DNA of 64,000 nucleotides, taken from contig OZ254086.1 in assembly GCA_965267575.1 (NCBI GenBank), forward strand, positions 3,776,001-3,840,000. The letters run 5' to 3'. The DNA is from Calditrichales bacterium. Lineage in GTDB: Bacteria > Calditrichota > Calditrichia > Calditrichales > J004. The translations under genes and the position numbers were made by a program. The notes under the pieces were generated by a model. It was not told where the DNA came from. It searched no databases and saw only the letters and a program-made list of their open reading frames with translations. Below are positions 1 to 10,917 of the stretch, one piece after another (the first letter of the stretch is position 1; each line of letters starts with the position of its first letter).

Positions 1-1
1 A

Positions 2-760
2 TATATTGCCCGGGGCGGTGCGGCTGTTTTAAACCAGGACGATGACTTAAGCTCGTCGCTGGATCAGGTGGTAAAAAATCTAAGGCCCATCAAATACGGG
101 CTTAATCATATTGCTGATTTCAACGCTTCGGATATCGAACATCTTGGTCCAAAGGGCATGCGTTTTCTTTACAACAACAAAAAGAAAATAACCCTCCCCG
201 TTTACAGCATAGCCAACATTTATACGTTTTTGGCCTGCATGGCCGTGTGCAATTATCTGCAAATAAATGAAGAAGACGTGCTGAAAAGCATGCAGGAAAA
301 AGTTACCTTGCCAAAGGGGCGGGGAAACCTGGAAAAAATAGGCAGCTGTTATTTGCTGGATGAAAGTTACATTGGTACGTCGCGCTCCGTAAGCAAGGCC
401 GCGCGCTCTCTTGTTGGTTTTAAACCATATTCCAAAAAGCTAATATTAATTGTCGGGGATATGACAAAAAGCGGGGTTAAGGTGGAAGACCGTCACCTGA
501 ATATGGGCTATTTCCTTTCAGCGCTTCCTATCGATCACCTTATTACGATGGGACACTACGCAGATTACATCGGAAAAGGGGCCTCGCTGATCAAGTCGAG
601 TGGAAAAAAGATCCACAGTGTTGCCAATGTCAACGAATTACTAGACATTTTGCGTGAAATCATTGTGCCTGATAGTGCTGTTTGCGTAAAAGGACTGGGT
701 AACGTTGTTTATCACCGGGTGAAGACGCAAATGGTCAACACTTTCAAAAATGGAGAATGA
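2..760 (+). CDS. Mur ligase family protein (MurF-like), 5'-truncated by window
   Basis: Frame is open from position 2 (YIARGGAAVLNQDDD, a Mur-ligase AVLNxDD motif). The C-terminal part resembles the MurF C-domain (GRGN...LLDESY, GDM, VKG) but is divergent. Confidence 0.6.
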   Translation, partial: YIARGGAAVLNQDDDLSSSLDQVVKNLRPIKYGLNHIADFNASDIEHLGPKGMRFLYNNKKKITLPVYSIANIYTFLACMAVCNYLQINEEDVLKSMQEKVTLPKGRGNLEKIGSCYLLDESYIGTSRSVSKAARSLVGFKPYSKKLILIVGDMTKSGVKVEDRHLNMGYFLSALPIDHLITMGHYADYIGKGASLIKSSGKKIHSVANVNELLDILREIIVPDSAVCVKGLGNVVYHRVKTQMVNTFKNGE

Positions 761-2166
761 CACAAATGAAGAAATCTATCCTAAGCGTGCTTTTTGCCTT
801 ACTGCTTGCCGGCTCCGTGCAGGCACAATTCACCGCCAAAGAAAAGTTTTTCGCAGATTATGAAGAACAGATTGAAGAAGTGCGCGCCCAGAACGGCAGC
901 GTTTTGTCGCCCACGTTTTTCAGTAAAGCGGTAGAGCTTTACGAAGAGGCGCTGGAGGCTTATGAAGAAAAGGAAAGCCAAAAGGCCATCCGTGAAAAAC
1001 TGGATGAATCGGCCCAATATGTGCGCAGAGCGCTGGATGTTATAAAACTGGCCAATATCACCTTAAAAGAAGCGATTCAGGCCAGGCGGGATGCGCTTAA
1101 TTCCGACGCGCCTTTATATGCTGAAAACCTTTGGAATGAAGCCGAACAGCAGTTTCGTGATGCCGCGGAAAACCTGGAAGACGATGATGTGGAAGACGCG
1201 CGCGAAGATGGCGTAAAAGCCACGCAGCTGTACAGCCAGGCCGAGCTTACCGCAATCAAGAACGGCATTCTCGGTGAAGCACGTGATGCCATCGCCGTGG
1301 CCCGCGAAATGGACGCGGAAGATTATGCCTACCACACGCTTACAGACGCACAGAACCTGCTTACGGAAGCGGAACGCATGCTCAACGCGGATCGCTACAA
1401 TCGTGAGGAGGCTATTGAAAAAGCCGGACGCGCCGCCTACCAGGGACGCCACGCCCAGTATCTTACGGAAACCATTAAACAGCTCTCCAAAAGACAGGAA
1501 AACTGGGAAAACCTTTTTTTGAAATTTGAAGAGATCATTGCCACATTTGGCAGTCAGTTCAATTATAATCCCATGTTCGACAAGGGCTTTGACTCATCGG
1601 TTAAAACGATCAGCGCGTATATCAAGGTCTTAAAAGATGAAAAGAAGCAGCTCATTGAAGAAAACAACAGGTTAAGCGAAGAGCTGCAGGCCATAAAGGA
1701 ACGTGCCGAAAACTATTCCGCCGAGCTTGAACGCAAGCAGGAGCGGGAAAGAAAAGTCGATCGTATAAAAAACTTGTTTGGTCCAAACGAAGCCAAAGTG
1801 ATTTACGAAGGAGACAATCTCATTATTCGTCTTTTCGGACTGAATTTTCCTTCAGGGCAGGCGATTATTCAGCCGGAATACTTTTCGCTGCTCACAAAAA
1901 TTCAGCAATCGTTGCGCGAGTTTCCAGAAAGTCATTACCTTATTGAAGGCCACACGGATTCACAGGGCGATGCCAACCGCAACAAGCTGCTTTCCGAAAG
2001 ACGCGCGCAATCGGTACGTGAATACCTGATCGCCAATATGAACATCAGTGAGGAGCAGATCAGCCATATTGGCTTTGGCGAAGAACAGCCCGTAGCCAGC
2101 AACGAAACAAGCGAAGGCCGCGCTGCAAACCGGCGTATTGATGTAGTCATTCACATCGCCGACTGA
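757..2166 (+). CDS. OmpA/MotB C-terminal domain protein with long helical/coiled-coil N-terminus and signal peptide
   Basis: C-terminal IEGHTDSQG...N..LSERRAQSV...GFGE..PVASNET.EGRAANRRID peptidoglycan-binding motif; N-terminal signal peptide ending in AQA. Confidence 0.9.
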   Translation: MTQMKKSILSVLFALLLAGSVQAQFTAKEKFFADYEEQIEEVRAQNGSVLSPTFFSKAVELYEEALEAYEEKESQKAIREKLDESAQYVRRALDVIKLANITLKEAIQARRDALNSDAPLYAENLWNEAEQQFRDAAENLEDDDVEDAREDGVKATQLYSQAELTAIKNGILGEARDAIAVAREMDAEDYAYHTLTDAQNLLTEAERMLNADRYNREEAIEKAGRAAYQGRHAQYLTETIKQLSKRQENWENLFLKFEEIIATFGSQFNYNPMFDKGFDSSVKTISAYIKVLKDEKKQLIEENNRLSEELQAIKERAENYSAELERKQERERKVDRIKNLFGPNEAKVIYEGDNLIIRLFGLNFPSGQAIIQPEYFSLLTKIQQSLREFPESHYLIEGHTDSQGDANRNKLLSERRAQSVREYLIANMNISEEQISHIGFGEEQPVASNETSEGRAANRRIDVVIHIAD

Positions 2167-2205
2167 CGGTACAGGAGATATTATGGATAAAGCGGGAGAG
2201 CAACT

Positions 2206-3342
2206 TTGAAAGGAATCGGCTTAAAAGACGAGTTGCAGGTAAAAGACCGTACGTTTCAGATAACTACGGGCAACGATCCGTCTAAAAATAAAGTTGCCAG
2301 CGAGGTTTTCGAAAAGGGCCATTTTCTGTTCAGCCTTGAAGAAAACTACCATGTGCGTCATACAAGCAGCGGCGAAGTAGACGGCGATTATCTCAAAAAG
2401 ATTGCCCAGGAACAGCATCAAACCGCCATCAGCGATATACGGTCGTTGTTTGTGATAAATGAAAAGATTAAGCAGCTGCGTCAATATCTCCCGCATTACC
2501 GCCTGGGCCGCGTCTTTTACCACCGTAATTTTATCCCCGAAGCCATTGATAATTTCCGCCGCTCCACTGAAATAAATAAAGACTTCATCCGCGGATACCA
2601 GCGGCTCGGGCTGGCTTATATTAAAAACGGCCAGTACAAAGCGGCCGTTAATACGCTGATGACAGCCCATAAGATGAAGCCAGCTTACCCGGACATAGCC
2701 AACGCCATTGCCGTGGCCTACACGCAGATGGAAGACTACTCCGCGGCATCGACCTACCTTAAAAAAGCCATAGATTTAAAAAATGACTTTGATGAAGCCA
2801 ATTTTAACTGGGGCGTTGTGCTTTTTCTCTCGGCCCTGGACGAACGGGGCGGGGCTGTTCCCGCCAGGCTGCATCGCGCCTTTAAAAATCTGCGCAGCTC
2901 AAAACGTTTTGCGGGAGATCACTGGCAGGAAAAATTTGATGCAACAGAAGAGGCGCTGAAAAGCGAGGATATCGGCAAGCGCATTAAAGCTTTGCTTGAT
3001 ATCCAGCGTGAGGTTCTGGTTAATGATGACAACACCGATATTATGGACTTCTTCTTTCTGCAGTTTATGTATGGCGGCAAAGAGATTAAGGGCCAGGAAG
3101 TGCAGCAGTTCGAGGAAATGATCATGCATGAAGTGGAATCGCACAAAGAGTATGCCGATTACTGGAATGAACTGGGCGTGATCCACCTGATACAATGCCG
3201 CGAGTTCTTTTTAAAGGCCATTGCCGAATTTGAAAAATCCTCTAAAATAGACCCCAACTTTGAGTCCGCCCGCCGCAATACGGATATGCTGCAGGGCAAC
3301 AAACAGGGTTTTCTTATCCTGCTGAGAGCCATCCTGCGCTGA
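2206..3342 (+). CDS. Tetratricopeptide repeat protein
   Basis: Repeated TPR patterns (HYRLGRVF, YQRLGLAY, ANAIAVAY, NFNWGVVL, WNELGVIH); TTG start with GGAGAG upstream; stop overlaps next start. Confidence 0.75.
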   Translation: MKGIGLKDELQVKDRTFQITTGNDPSKNKVASEVFEKGHFLFSLEENYHVRHTSSGEVDGDYLKKIAQEQHQTAISDIRSLFVINEKIKQLRQYLPHYRLGRVFYHRNFIPEAIDNFRRSTEINKDFIRGYQRLGLAYIKNGQYKAAVNTLMTAHKMKPAYPDIANAIAVAYTQMEDYSAASTYLKKAIDLKNDFDEANFNWGVVLFLSALDERGGAVPARLHRAFKNLRSSKRFAGDHWQEKFDATEEALKSEDIGKRIKALLDIQREVLVNDDNTDIMDFFFLQFMYGGKEIKGQEVQQFEEMIMHEVESHKEYADYWNELGVIHLIQCREFFLKAIAEFEKSSKIDPNFESARRNTDMLQGNKQGFLILLRAILR

Positions 3343-4682
3343 TGAATCCCAAAATCCTCGTTGTGGACAACGAAGAAAGAATGGTGAAACTGGTCAAAGC
3401 CAGCCTTGAACTGGAAGGCTTTGATACGGACGACGCTTTTTCCGGAATGTCGGCACTTGACCTTCTTAAGCAGAACTCTTACGACATAATCATCACCGAC
3501 CTTAAAATGCAGCATGTGGACGGTTTGCAGCTTTTGGAGCATGTCAAAGCAAATCGACCGACCAGCGAAGTTATTTTAATGACAGCCTACGCCAGCCAGG
3601 AAACAGCGTTGGAAGCGATGCAGAAGGGCGCTTACGACTACCTTATAAAACCGTTCAAAATGGATGAGCTTTTATTGCGCATCGGCCGTATTGTGCGCCA
3701 GAAAGAGCTGGAAGCCGAAAATACGCGCCTTAAGCAGCAGGTGGCGCCGGAATCTGCCTTTGAAGGCTTTATCGGTAAGAGCGCTAAAATGCGCCACGTG
3801 TTTGATCTGATCAGGCGGGTGGCGGAAAGCGACGCTACGGTGCTTATTCGCGGCGAAAGCGGCAGCGGCAAGGAACTGGTGGCAAAAGCGCTGCACCGCG
3901 AGAGCCCGCGCAACAATCGGAACATGGTCTCCATAAACTGTGCGGCGCTGCCCGAAACATTGCTGGAAAGCGAATTGTTCGGCTACGAAAAGGGCGCCTT
4001 TACCGGCGCATCAAAACAAAAAAAGGGTCTGTTTGAATCTGCCGACGGCGGTACGTTGTTTCTGGATGAAATTGGCGATCTATCACAAAATCTGCAGGCC
4101 AAATTACTGCGCGTGCTTCAAAACCGAGAGATAATCCGCCTGGGAGGAACCGAAAGCATTGCCGTGGACGTGCGGCTAATTGCCGCCACCCACAAAAACC
4201 TGGAACAGATGATGGAAGAGCAGTCTTTCCGCTCGGATCTCTATTACCGCATCAGCACCTTCCCCATAGCTTTACCGCCTTTACGCGAGCGCAAAGAGGA
4301 CATCCCGGCACTGATCAGCCATTTTATGCAGGCTTATCCGGATAAGGCGCTGTCTTCGCAGGCCCGGCTTAAGCTGATGCAATACAACTACCCCGGCAAT
4401 GTCCGCGAGCTGGGAAATATCATTGCCCGTTCGGCGATCGTATCGGAAAAGATGATTGAAGACGTGGATTTACCTGAGAGCGCGGCTGTTTCCCAAACAA
4501 AACAACGGACGGGAGAATCTCAACTGCCGGCAGAAGGAATGGACCTGGACAAGCACATCGCCTCTTTGATCAAACAGGCTTTGGATAACGCAGGCGGCAA
4601 TAAAACAAAAGCGGCGAAGATGCTGGGCATCACCCGCCGCCGTTTATATTCCATGCTGGAAAGCTACAAAATCGAAAACTGA
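3342..4682 (+). CDS. Sigma-54-dependent response regulator (NtrC/AtoC family)
   Basis: Receiver domain (ILVVDNE, TDLKM), AAA+ [14 protein letters not shown] loop, LFLDEIG, C-terminal Fis-type HTH. Confidence 0.95.
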   Translation: MNPKILVVDNEERMVKLVKASLELEGFDTDDAFSGMSALDLLKQNSYDIIITDLKMQHVDGLQLLEHVKANRPTSEVILMTAYASQETALEAMQKGAYDYLIKPFKMDELLLRIGRIVRQKELEAENTRLKQQVAPESAFEGFIGKSAKMRHVFDLIRRVAESDATVLIRGESGSGKELVAKALHRESPRNNRNMVSINCAALPETLLESELFGYEKGAFTGASKQKKGLFESADGGTLFLDEIGDLSQNLQAKLLRVLQNREIIRLGGTESIAVDVRLIAATHKNLEQMMEEQSFRSDLYYRISTFPIALPPLRERKEDIPALISHFMQAYPDKALSSQARLKLMQYNYPGNVRELGNIIARSAIVSEKMIEDVDLPESAAVSQTKQRTGESQLPAEGMDLDKHIASLIKQALDNAGGNKTKAAKMLGITRRRLYSMLESYKIEN

Positions 4683-4714
4683 TTTAGTTTTTTTCCAATA
4701 TATCTTTCCAATAA

Positions 4715-4734
4715 AGACGCACGGCCGTGCGTCT
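4715..4734. repeat. Perfect 20-bp palindrome (REP-like or bidirectional terminator) between convergent genes
   Basis: AGACGCACGG|CCGTGCGTCT. Confidence 0.6.
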
Positions 4735-4750
4735 CTGTATAGTATCCCAT

Positions 4751-5995
4751 TTAATCCAAGACGTGAATAAACAAGCCGGAACGCAGCTTGGGCTCGAACC
4801 AGGTAGATTTTGGGGGCATTACCTCTCCGGCATCGGCAATAGCCATCAGTTCTTCAATCGAAGTAGCTTTAAGTGCGAATGCCACGGCCATTTCTCCGCT
4901 GTCAACGCGCCGCTTTAATTCTTCGAGACCACGGATGCCGCCTACAAAGTCGATGCGCGGGTCCTTACGCGGATCGCCTATTCCCAGAATCGGGCTTAAC
5001 AGATTATTCTGCAAAATCGACACATCGAGACCGTCGACCGGGTGATCGGGGTTAAAAAATTCGGTCATGGCGCAGAGATGATACCAATCACCGTCCAGAT
5101 ACATGGCAAATTCGTTCTTCTCAGTGGGCTTTTTAGGCTCGCGACCCGTTTTATCCACATGGAAGCGTTCGGCCACGCGCGCCTGGAATTGATCCTTGCT
5201 CAGACCGTTGAGATCAGCAACAACGCGGTTATAATCCATTATGTACATCTGGTCGTGGGGGAAAATAACCGTCAGAAAGTAATTGTAGCTTTCCGAACCC
5301 CGGTGGCTGACGTTGGCTTTTTTACGGGCTTCGGCCACGCGGGAAGCAGCCGCCGATCGGTGGTGCCCGTCCGCCACGTAAAGAAAATCGATTTTAGCAA
5401 AATTCTCTTCGATAGCCTTGATATCGCTCTCCTCGTCGACGACCCAGGCGGTGTGCCGTATGCCGTCCGCAGCTTTAAAGTCGTAAACAGGCTCATTCTC
5501 GCAGACACGCTCAGCCAGTTCATCCAGCGCCTTTGTGGCCTTGTAGGTCAGAAAAACCGGGCCTACCTGGGCATTGAGGTGTTCCATGTGTTTAACGCGG
5601 TCATCCTCTTTTACGGGACGCGTAAACTCATGTTTTTTTATTATTCCTTTGTCATACTCGGCTACCGAGGCCCTCGCCACCAGCCCGGTCTGCTCATGGC
5701 GACCCATCACCTGGCGGTAAAAATAATAGCAGGGCATTTCTTCGCGGATCAGGATATTTTGCTCAATCAGGCTTTTTAAATTTTCAGCGCCTTTTTGATA
5801 CACTTTTTCAGAATAAACATCCGTATCTTTTGGCAGATCGATTTCCGGCTTGTTTACATGCAGGAAGCTTATCGGATTGTCTTTGGCCATTTCCCGCGCT
5901 TCATCACTGTTCAGCACATCATAAGGCGGCGCGGCTACTTCGGCTGCCTTATCGGCCACGGGACGAAGTGCCCTGAAAGGTTTTACAGTTGCCAT
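4751..5995 (-). CDS. DUF1015 family protein
   Basis: KPFRALRP, APPYDV, IKKHEFT, YVADGHHRSAAA, MPPKSTWFEPKLRSGL motifs. Confidence 0.9.
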   Translation of the reverse strand: MATVKPFRALRPVADKAAEVAAPPYDVLNSDEAREMAKDNPISFLHVNKPEIDLPKDTDVYSEKVYQKGAENLKSLIEQNILIREEMPCYYFYRQVMGRHEQTGLVARASVAEYDKGIIKKHEFTRPVKEDDRVKHMEHLNAQVGPVFLTYKATKALDELAERVCENEPVYDFKAADGIRHTAWVVDEESDIKAIEENFAKIDFLYVADGHHRSAAASRVAEARKKANVSHRGSESYNYFLTVIFPHDQMYIMDYNRVVADLNGLSKDQFQARVAERFHVDKTGREPKKPTEKNEFAMYLDGDWYHLCAMTEFFNPDHPVDGLDVSILQNNLLSPILGIGDPRKDPRIDFVGGIRGLEELKRRVDSGEMAVAFALKATSIEELMAIADAGEVMPPKSTWFEPKLRSGLFIHVLD

Positions 5996-6203
5996 ATTTT
6001 ACTCCCTTTTTTTAAAATGTTATCCATTTCAGCGTAATACGAAAATAATCATTTAGTTTGTCAGCTACAAGCAGAGAAAGCTATATTTACTTTTGCAATC
6101 CACGAGGTCAAATTTTAAATTTCAGCTTTGCACGATTGCTTCAATGCCTAACTTCAAGTCATTGAAAATAATGGATTTACATATTTTAAACGGGACGTAA
6201 CCT

Positions 6204-9200
6204 TTGTCATTTGTACACCTGCATAGTCACACCCATTACTCATTACTGGATGGCGCCGGACGCATAAACCAGATGGTGCAGCGCGCCGCTGAACTACAAA
6301 TGCCCGCATTGGCCATCACCGACCACGGCAACCTTTTTGGCTCGGTTGAATTTTATAAAGCCTGCAAAGAGCAGGGCATCAAGCCAATAATCGGCTGCGA
6401 AGCCTATATCGCTCCGGAGCGCCGTGATCTGCGCGAAAAGGTGAACGGCGAACTGAATGCCTATCACCTGGTGTTGCTCGCTAAAAACGAAACCGGCTAC
6501 AAAAATCTTATAAAGCTATCTTCGATTGCCTTTCTGGAAGGTATGTATTACAAGCCGCGCATCGACTGGGAAACGTTGCGTGAGCACTCCGAAGGGCTGA
6601 TTGCCACTTCTGCCTGCATGAGCGGCATGGTGCCGTGGAAATTGCGCCAGGACCGGCGCGTAGAAGCTATCCGACACGCGGAAACATATCTGGACATTTT
6701 TGGTGAGGACTTTTATTTCGAGGTTCAGAATCACCATATACCGGAAGAAGAGCGCACCTATCCACTGGTGTATGACCTGGCTAGGGAAATGGGCGTAAAG
6801 GTCGTGGCCACCAACGATACGCACTACCTCAATCACGGCGATCACGAGGCCCATGACATACTGATATGCCTGCAAACCGGCAAGGACCGCGATGATCCCA
6901 ATCGTATGCGCTACGGCACGGAAGAGCTGTACATGAAATCGCCCGAAGAGATGTATAAGCTTTTTAAGGATCGCCCTGAGGTGCTGGAAAACACGCTGGA
7001 AGTGGCGGAAAAAGTTAACCTGGAACTGGACTTTAATACACGCCATCTGCCACGGTTTAAAATACCTGAAAGCGAAGGGCAGGTTGACGAAAACGAGTAT
7101 CTTAAGGTTTTGGCTTACCGCGGCGCCGAAAAACGCGGAACTAAACTCGATGAGACCGCGCGCAAACGTATAGATTACGAGCTGAGCGTCATTGAAAAGA
7201 TGGGCTTTGCCGGTTATTTCCTGATCGTGCAGGATTTTATAAATGCCGCGCGGGAAAAAGACATCCCCGTTGGCCTGGGGCGCGGTTCTGCGGCTGGCAG
7301 CCTGGTGGCATACAACCTGGGTATTACGAGTGTCGATCCGCTCAAATACGATCTGCTGTTTGAACGATTCCTCAATCCCGAGCGGGTGACCATGCCCGAT
7401 ATCGATATTGACTTTTGCGTGGAGCGCCGCGAAGAAGTCATCGAATATGTGCGTGAAAAATATGGCCGTAAAAACGTCGCGCAAATTATCACATTTAATA
7501 CGATGGCTTCCAGAGGTGTAATCCGCGATGTTTCGCGCATCCTGAAAGTGCCGTTAAGCCAGGCAGACACGATCGCCAAGCTGGTGCCGGTGGAGCAGTC
7601 TAAGCCGGTACCGCTGGAAAAAGCCTTCAACGAAGTAGAGGAATTGCGTGACCTGGCCTCCAGCGATGACATCCAGATGCAGGAACTTGTAAAATACTCC
7701 AAAACCCTGGAAGGGATCGCCCGCAATACTTCCGTTCACGCCGCCGGCATCATCATCGCCCCGGATGATATAACCAAATACGCACCTCTGTACAAGACGA
7801 GCGACGGGGAAGTATGCACGCAATGGACCATGGGCTATTGTGAGGAGATCGGCCTGCTCAAAATGGATTTTCTGGGCCTGCGCAACCTGACGGTTATCAA
7901 AAAGACAGAAGACATCATCCGCGAACGGCACGATCCCGATTTCAGCATCGAACGAATCCCCCTGAACGATAAAGATACCTTCCGGCTATTTGGCGACGCG
8001 TTGACTGTGGGGGTTTTCCAGTTTGAATCAAGCGGCATGCAGGAGCATCTGCGCAAGCTAAAGCCTTCGCGCATCGAAGACCTCATCGCCATGAACGCGC
8101 TTTACAGGCCCGGCCCCATGGCCTTCATCGATGACTTTATTGACCGCAAGTTCGGGCGCAAGGAAATAGAATACCTGCATCCCAAGCTGGAGCCGATCCT
8201 GGAAGAGACCTACGGCATTATCGTGTATCAGGAACAGGTGATGCGCATTGCTTCGGAGATCGGCGGATTCAGCCTGGCCCAAGCGGATTTGATGCGCCGG
8301 GCCATGGGTAAGAAAAAGCGCGAAGTGATGCTAGAGCAGAAAGAGATATTCATCAAAGGCTGCCTGCAAAACGACATTGAGAAAAAAACGGCAACGGAGA
8401 TCTTTGACCTTATTGAAAAATTCGCGGAATACGGTTTTAATAAATCACACTCCGCCGCCTACGCGCTGATCGCCTACCAGACCGCCTACCTGAAAGCGCA
8501 TTACCCCGCTGAGTTCATGTCGGCCAACCTTACCAGCGAGATCACCAAGCTGAGCCGGGTGATGACGCTGATGGAAGAGTGTAAAAAACTGGGTCTGACC
8601 ATTGAGCCGCCCGATGTGAACCACTCCTACGCCGAGTTCCGCCCGCTGGATGAAAAAACGATCGCATTTGGGATGGCAGCCATTAAAGGCGTCGGCGGAA
8701 ACGCAATCAACAATATTGCCCAGGCTCGCGACAACGACGGCCCCTTTAAGTCGCTGTTTGACCTGACGCAGCGCGTGGACCTGAGGCTGGTAAACAAAAA
8801 AGTGTTGGAAAGCCTGGTCATGGCCGGCGCCATGGATTCCCTGGACGGCCACCGGGCGCAACTTTTCAATGCCCTGGAAAGCGCCATCGAGTTTGGCCAG
8901 CAGGTACAAAGCAGCAGCTACCAGAACGAAAACCAGTTTAACCTGTTTGACATGGGCGGCGCTGAACAGGATCAGTCCATGCAGATCAGCGAGCCACCTT
9001 TGCCAGCCGTTCCGGAATGGTCGCTGACAGAAAAGCTAAAAAAAGAACGTGAACTGCTGGGATTCTACATTTCCGGCCACCCGCTGGAGCCTTATCGCAC
9101 GGTGATAAAGCTATACTCAACCAATCTGGATCGCTTGATTGAAGAAGAGAAGCTAAAGGAAGAAGGCGGCAACGGAGCCTCCAACAACGGTAATTCAAAC

Positions 9201-9731
9201 GGAAGGCGCAATGGCAAAGCCATACGCATCTGCGGACAAATCACGGATATGCGCACCATGTACGATAAAAAGCAGCAGCGCATGGCCTTTGTTAAGATTG
9301 AGGATTTTGACCGCAGCTACGAAGCTGTCGTTTTCAGTTCTGTTTATCCCCGCTACCAGGACCTGCTGAAGAATGACAACATTATTTATGTGCAGGGTAC
9401 ACTCAACTCGGCGCCGGATGACGGCACGGTGAAGATGGTTGCAGACCAGATATTTGCAGTAAACCAGGTGCCGGAACTTTTTACCGATGCCGTCTTGCTG
9501 CAACTGCGCCGTGACAAGCTGGACGATCAAAAGCTTTATGATCTGAAGCTGGCGCTAACTTCCAGCCCCGGCAAATGCCCGGTGCTGATTGACCTGGACT
9601 TTAACGGAAACGGATCATTACGCCTTAAGGCCGGACGCGCCTCGGTCAAAATGACGCTGCCCGTGCTAAAGCAGCTTAGCGCCCTGGTTGGCCTGGACAA
9701 CATCCGAATAAGCTGCGGTGAGCGGCGATGA
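6204..9731 (+). CDS. dnaE: DNA polymerase III alpha subunit
   Basis: PHP domain FVHLHSHTHYSLLDG, GRGSAAGSLVAY, catalytic PDIDIDF, YGFNKSHS, C-terminal OB fold; TTG start. Confidence 0.98.
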   Translation: MSFVHLHSHTHYSLLDGAGRINQMVQRAAELQMPALAITDHGNLFGSVEFYKACKEQGIKPIIGCEAYIAPERRDLREKVNGELNAYHLVLLAKNETGYKNLIKLSSIAFLEGMYYKPRIDWETLREHSEGLIATSACMSGMVPWKLRQDRRVEAIRHAETYLDIFGEDFYFEVQNHHIPEEERTYPLVYDLAREMGVKVVATNDTHYLNHGDHEAHDILICLQTGKDRDDPNRMRYGTEELYMKSPEEMYKLFKDRPEVLENTLEVAEKVNLELDFNTRHLPRFKIPESEGQVDENEYLKVLAYRGAEKRGTKLDETARKRIDYELSVIEKMGFAGYFLIVQDFINAAREKDIPVGLGRGSAAGSLVAYNLGITSVDPLKYDLLFERFLNPERVTMPDIDIDFCVERREEVIEYVREKYGRKNVAQIITFNTMASRGVIRDVSRILKVPLSQADTIAKLVPVEQSKPVPLEKAFNEVEELRDLASSDDIQMQELVKYSKTLEGIARNTSVHAAGIIIAPDDITKYAPLYKTSDGEVCTQWTMGYCEEIGLLKMDFLGLRNLTVIKKTEDIIRERHDPDFSIERIPLNDKDTFRLFGDALTVGVFQFESSGMQEHLRKLKPSRIEDLIAMNALYRPGPMAFIDDFIDRKFGRKEIEYLHPKLEPILEETYGIIVYQEQVMRIASEIGGFSLAQADLMRRAMGKKKREVMLEQKEIFIKGCLQNDIEKKTATEIFDLIEKFAEYGFNKSHSAAYALIAYQTAYLKAHYPAEFMSANLTSEITKLSRVMTLMEECKKLGLTIEPPDVNHSYAEFRPLDEKTIAFGMAAIKGVGGNAINNIAQARDNDGPFKSLFDLTQRVDLRLVNKKVLESLVMAGAMDSLDGHRAQLFNALESAIEFGQQVQSSSYQNENQFNLFDMGGAEQDQSMQISEPPLPAVPEWSLTEKLKKERELLGFYISGHPLEPYRTVIKLYSTNLDRLIEEEKLKEEGGNGASNNGNSNGRRNGKAIRICGQITDMRTMYDKKQQRMAFVKIEDFDRSYEAVVFSSVYPRYQDLLKNDNIIYVQGTLNSAPDDGTVKMVADQIFAVNQVPELFTDAVLLQLRRDKLDDQKLYDLKLALTSSPGKCPVLIDLDFNGNGSLRLKAGRASVKMTLPVLKQLSALVGLDNIRISCGERR

Positions 9732-10171
9732 AGGTACTTGTCCAGAGAGTGTCTCACGCGGAGGTACGCGTTGCCGGAAGCACAATTGGTAAGATCGAAA
9801 ACGGACTGTTGCTGCTGGTTGGTGTGGCACAGGATGATACGCAAAAGGAGATTGAATGGGTGGCTGAAAAATGTGTCAACCTGCGTATATTTGAAGACGA
9901 TCAGCAAAAGATGAATCGTTCGCTGCTGGATGCCGGCGGATCGATTTTGGCCATATCGCAGTTTACGCTAATGGCCAACACGGAAAAAGGGCGCCGGCCC
10001 AGCTTCATCGAAGCCGCCGATCCCGAAAAAGGCAATCAATACTATGAATTATTTGTGGAAGCCCTGCGCGGCCACGGCATACATGTGGAAACCGGCGTAT
10101 TTGGCGCCATGATGGATATTGAACTGGTAAACCGCGGGCCGGTTACCATAATGGTGGAGAGCAAAAAATAA
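9728..10171 (+). CDS. dtd: D-aminoacyl-tRNA deacylase
   Basis: MKVLVQRV, SQFTL, GRRPSF, NRGPVT motifs. Confidence 0.97.
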   Translation: MKVLVQRVSHAEVRVAGSTIGKIENGLLLLVGVAQDDTQKEIEWVAEKCVNLRIFEDDQQKMNRSLLDAGGSILAISQFTLMANTEKGRRPSFIEAADPEKGNQYYELFVEALRGHGIHVETGVFGAMMDIELVNRGPVTIMVESKK

Positions 10172-10917
10172 TGGAATGGTTACAGACACGCTGGGCCCGC
10201 TGGGGGCTGTATTTTCTGGTCTTCGTGATTTTTGTTTTGCTGATGGATAAAGTTGTAATGCCCTGGTATGTGGACCTGGGCGATGAAATGGAAATGCCCG
10301 ATGTGGTACAAAAGACACTGCCCGAGGCACAAAACCTGTTGCAGCAGCGCGGCTTTAACGTTATCATTGCCGATTCGGTGTATGACGCCCATTTCCCGGA
10401 AGGCGCGGTTGTAGAGCAAAACCCGATCGCATTCAGTACGGTAAAACAAGGCCGGAACGTCTATCTTACTGTGAGCATTGGCGAAAAACCGATCATTATG
10501 CCCAATCTGTTTGGTATTTCGCCACGTGACGCGGAACTAAAGCTTAAATCGCTCGGGCTCAATCTTAAAACGGTTCTCTATTCCTATTCGGACCTGTATC
10601 CGGAAGGTGCGGTTATCGGGCAGTCTTTTCCGCAGGGTCAGGAAGTGCGCAAAAACGCTCAGATTGTCATAACGGTGAGTTTGGGTGAATTGCCGTCGCA
10701 AAGACGCGTGCCCAGCCTTGTGGGCAAAAGCCTCTCTGCCGCGCGCCAGCAGCTAAATCAGTTGGGGATCAGTATTGGCGAGATCGTTTACGAAGAAAGT
10801 GAATCGTACCTGCCGCAGACGGTTCTGAAACAAAGTTTGGCCGAAGGCACACAGGTCGGCGAAGAAGCGGAGATCGACCTGACCGTGAGTGTGCTTAAAA
10901 AAGAGGATAATCAATAA
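10171..10917 (+). CDS. PASTA domain protein (three PASTA repeats, N-terminal membrane anchor)
   Basis: Repeats MPDVVQKT / MPNLFGIS / VPSLVGKS, each followed by G.V..Q.P. Confidence 0.9.
   Translation: MEWLQTRWARWGLYFLVFVIFVLLMDKVVMPWYVDLGDEMEMPDVVQKTLPEAQNLLQQRGFNVIIADSVYDAHFPEGAVVEQNPIAFSTVKQGRNVYLTVSIGEKPIIMPNLFGISPRDAELKLKSLGLNLKTVLYSYSDLYPEGAVIGQSFPQGQEVRKNAQIVITVSLGELPSQRRVPSLVGKSLSAARQQLNQLGISIGEIVYEESESYLPQTVLKQSLAEGTQVGEEAEIDLTVSVLKKEDNQ

Noticed and set aside
9160..9220. Possible intein or insertion in dnaE (GGNGASNNGNSNG)
   Set aside because: Short low-complexity linker before the OB fold with no intein splice motifs; dnaB also shows no intein.
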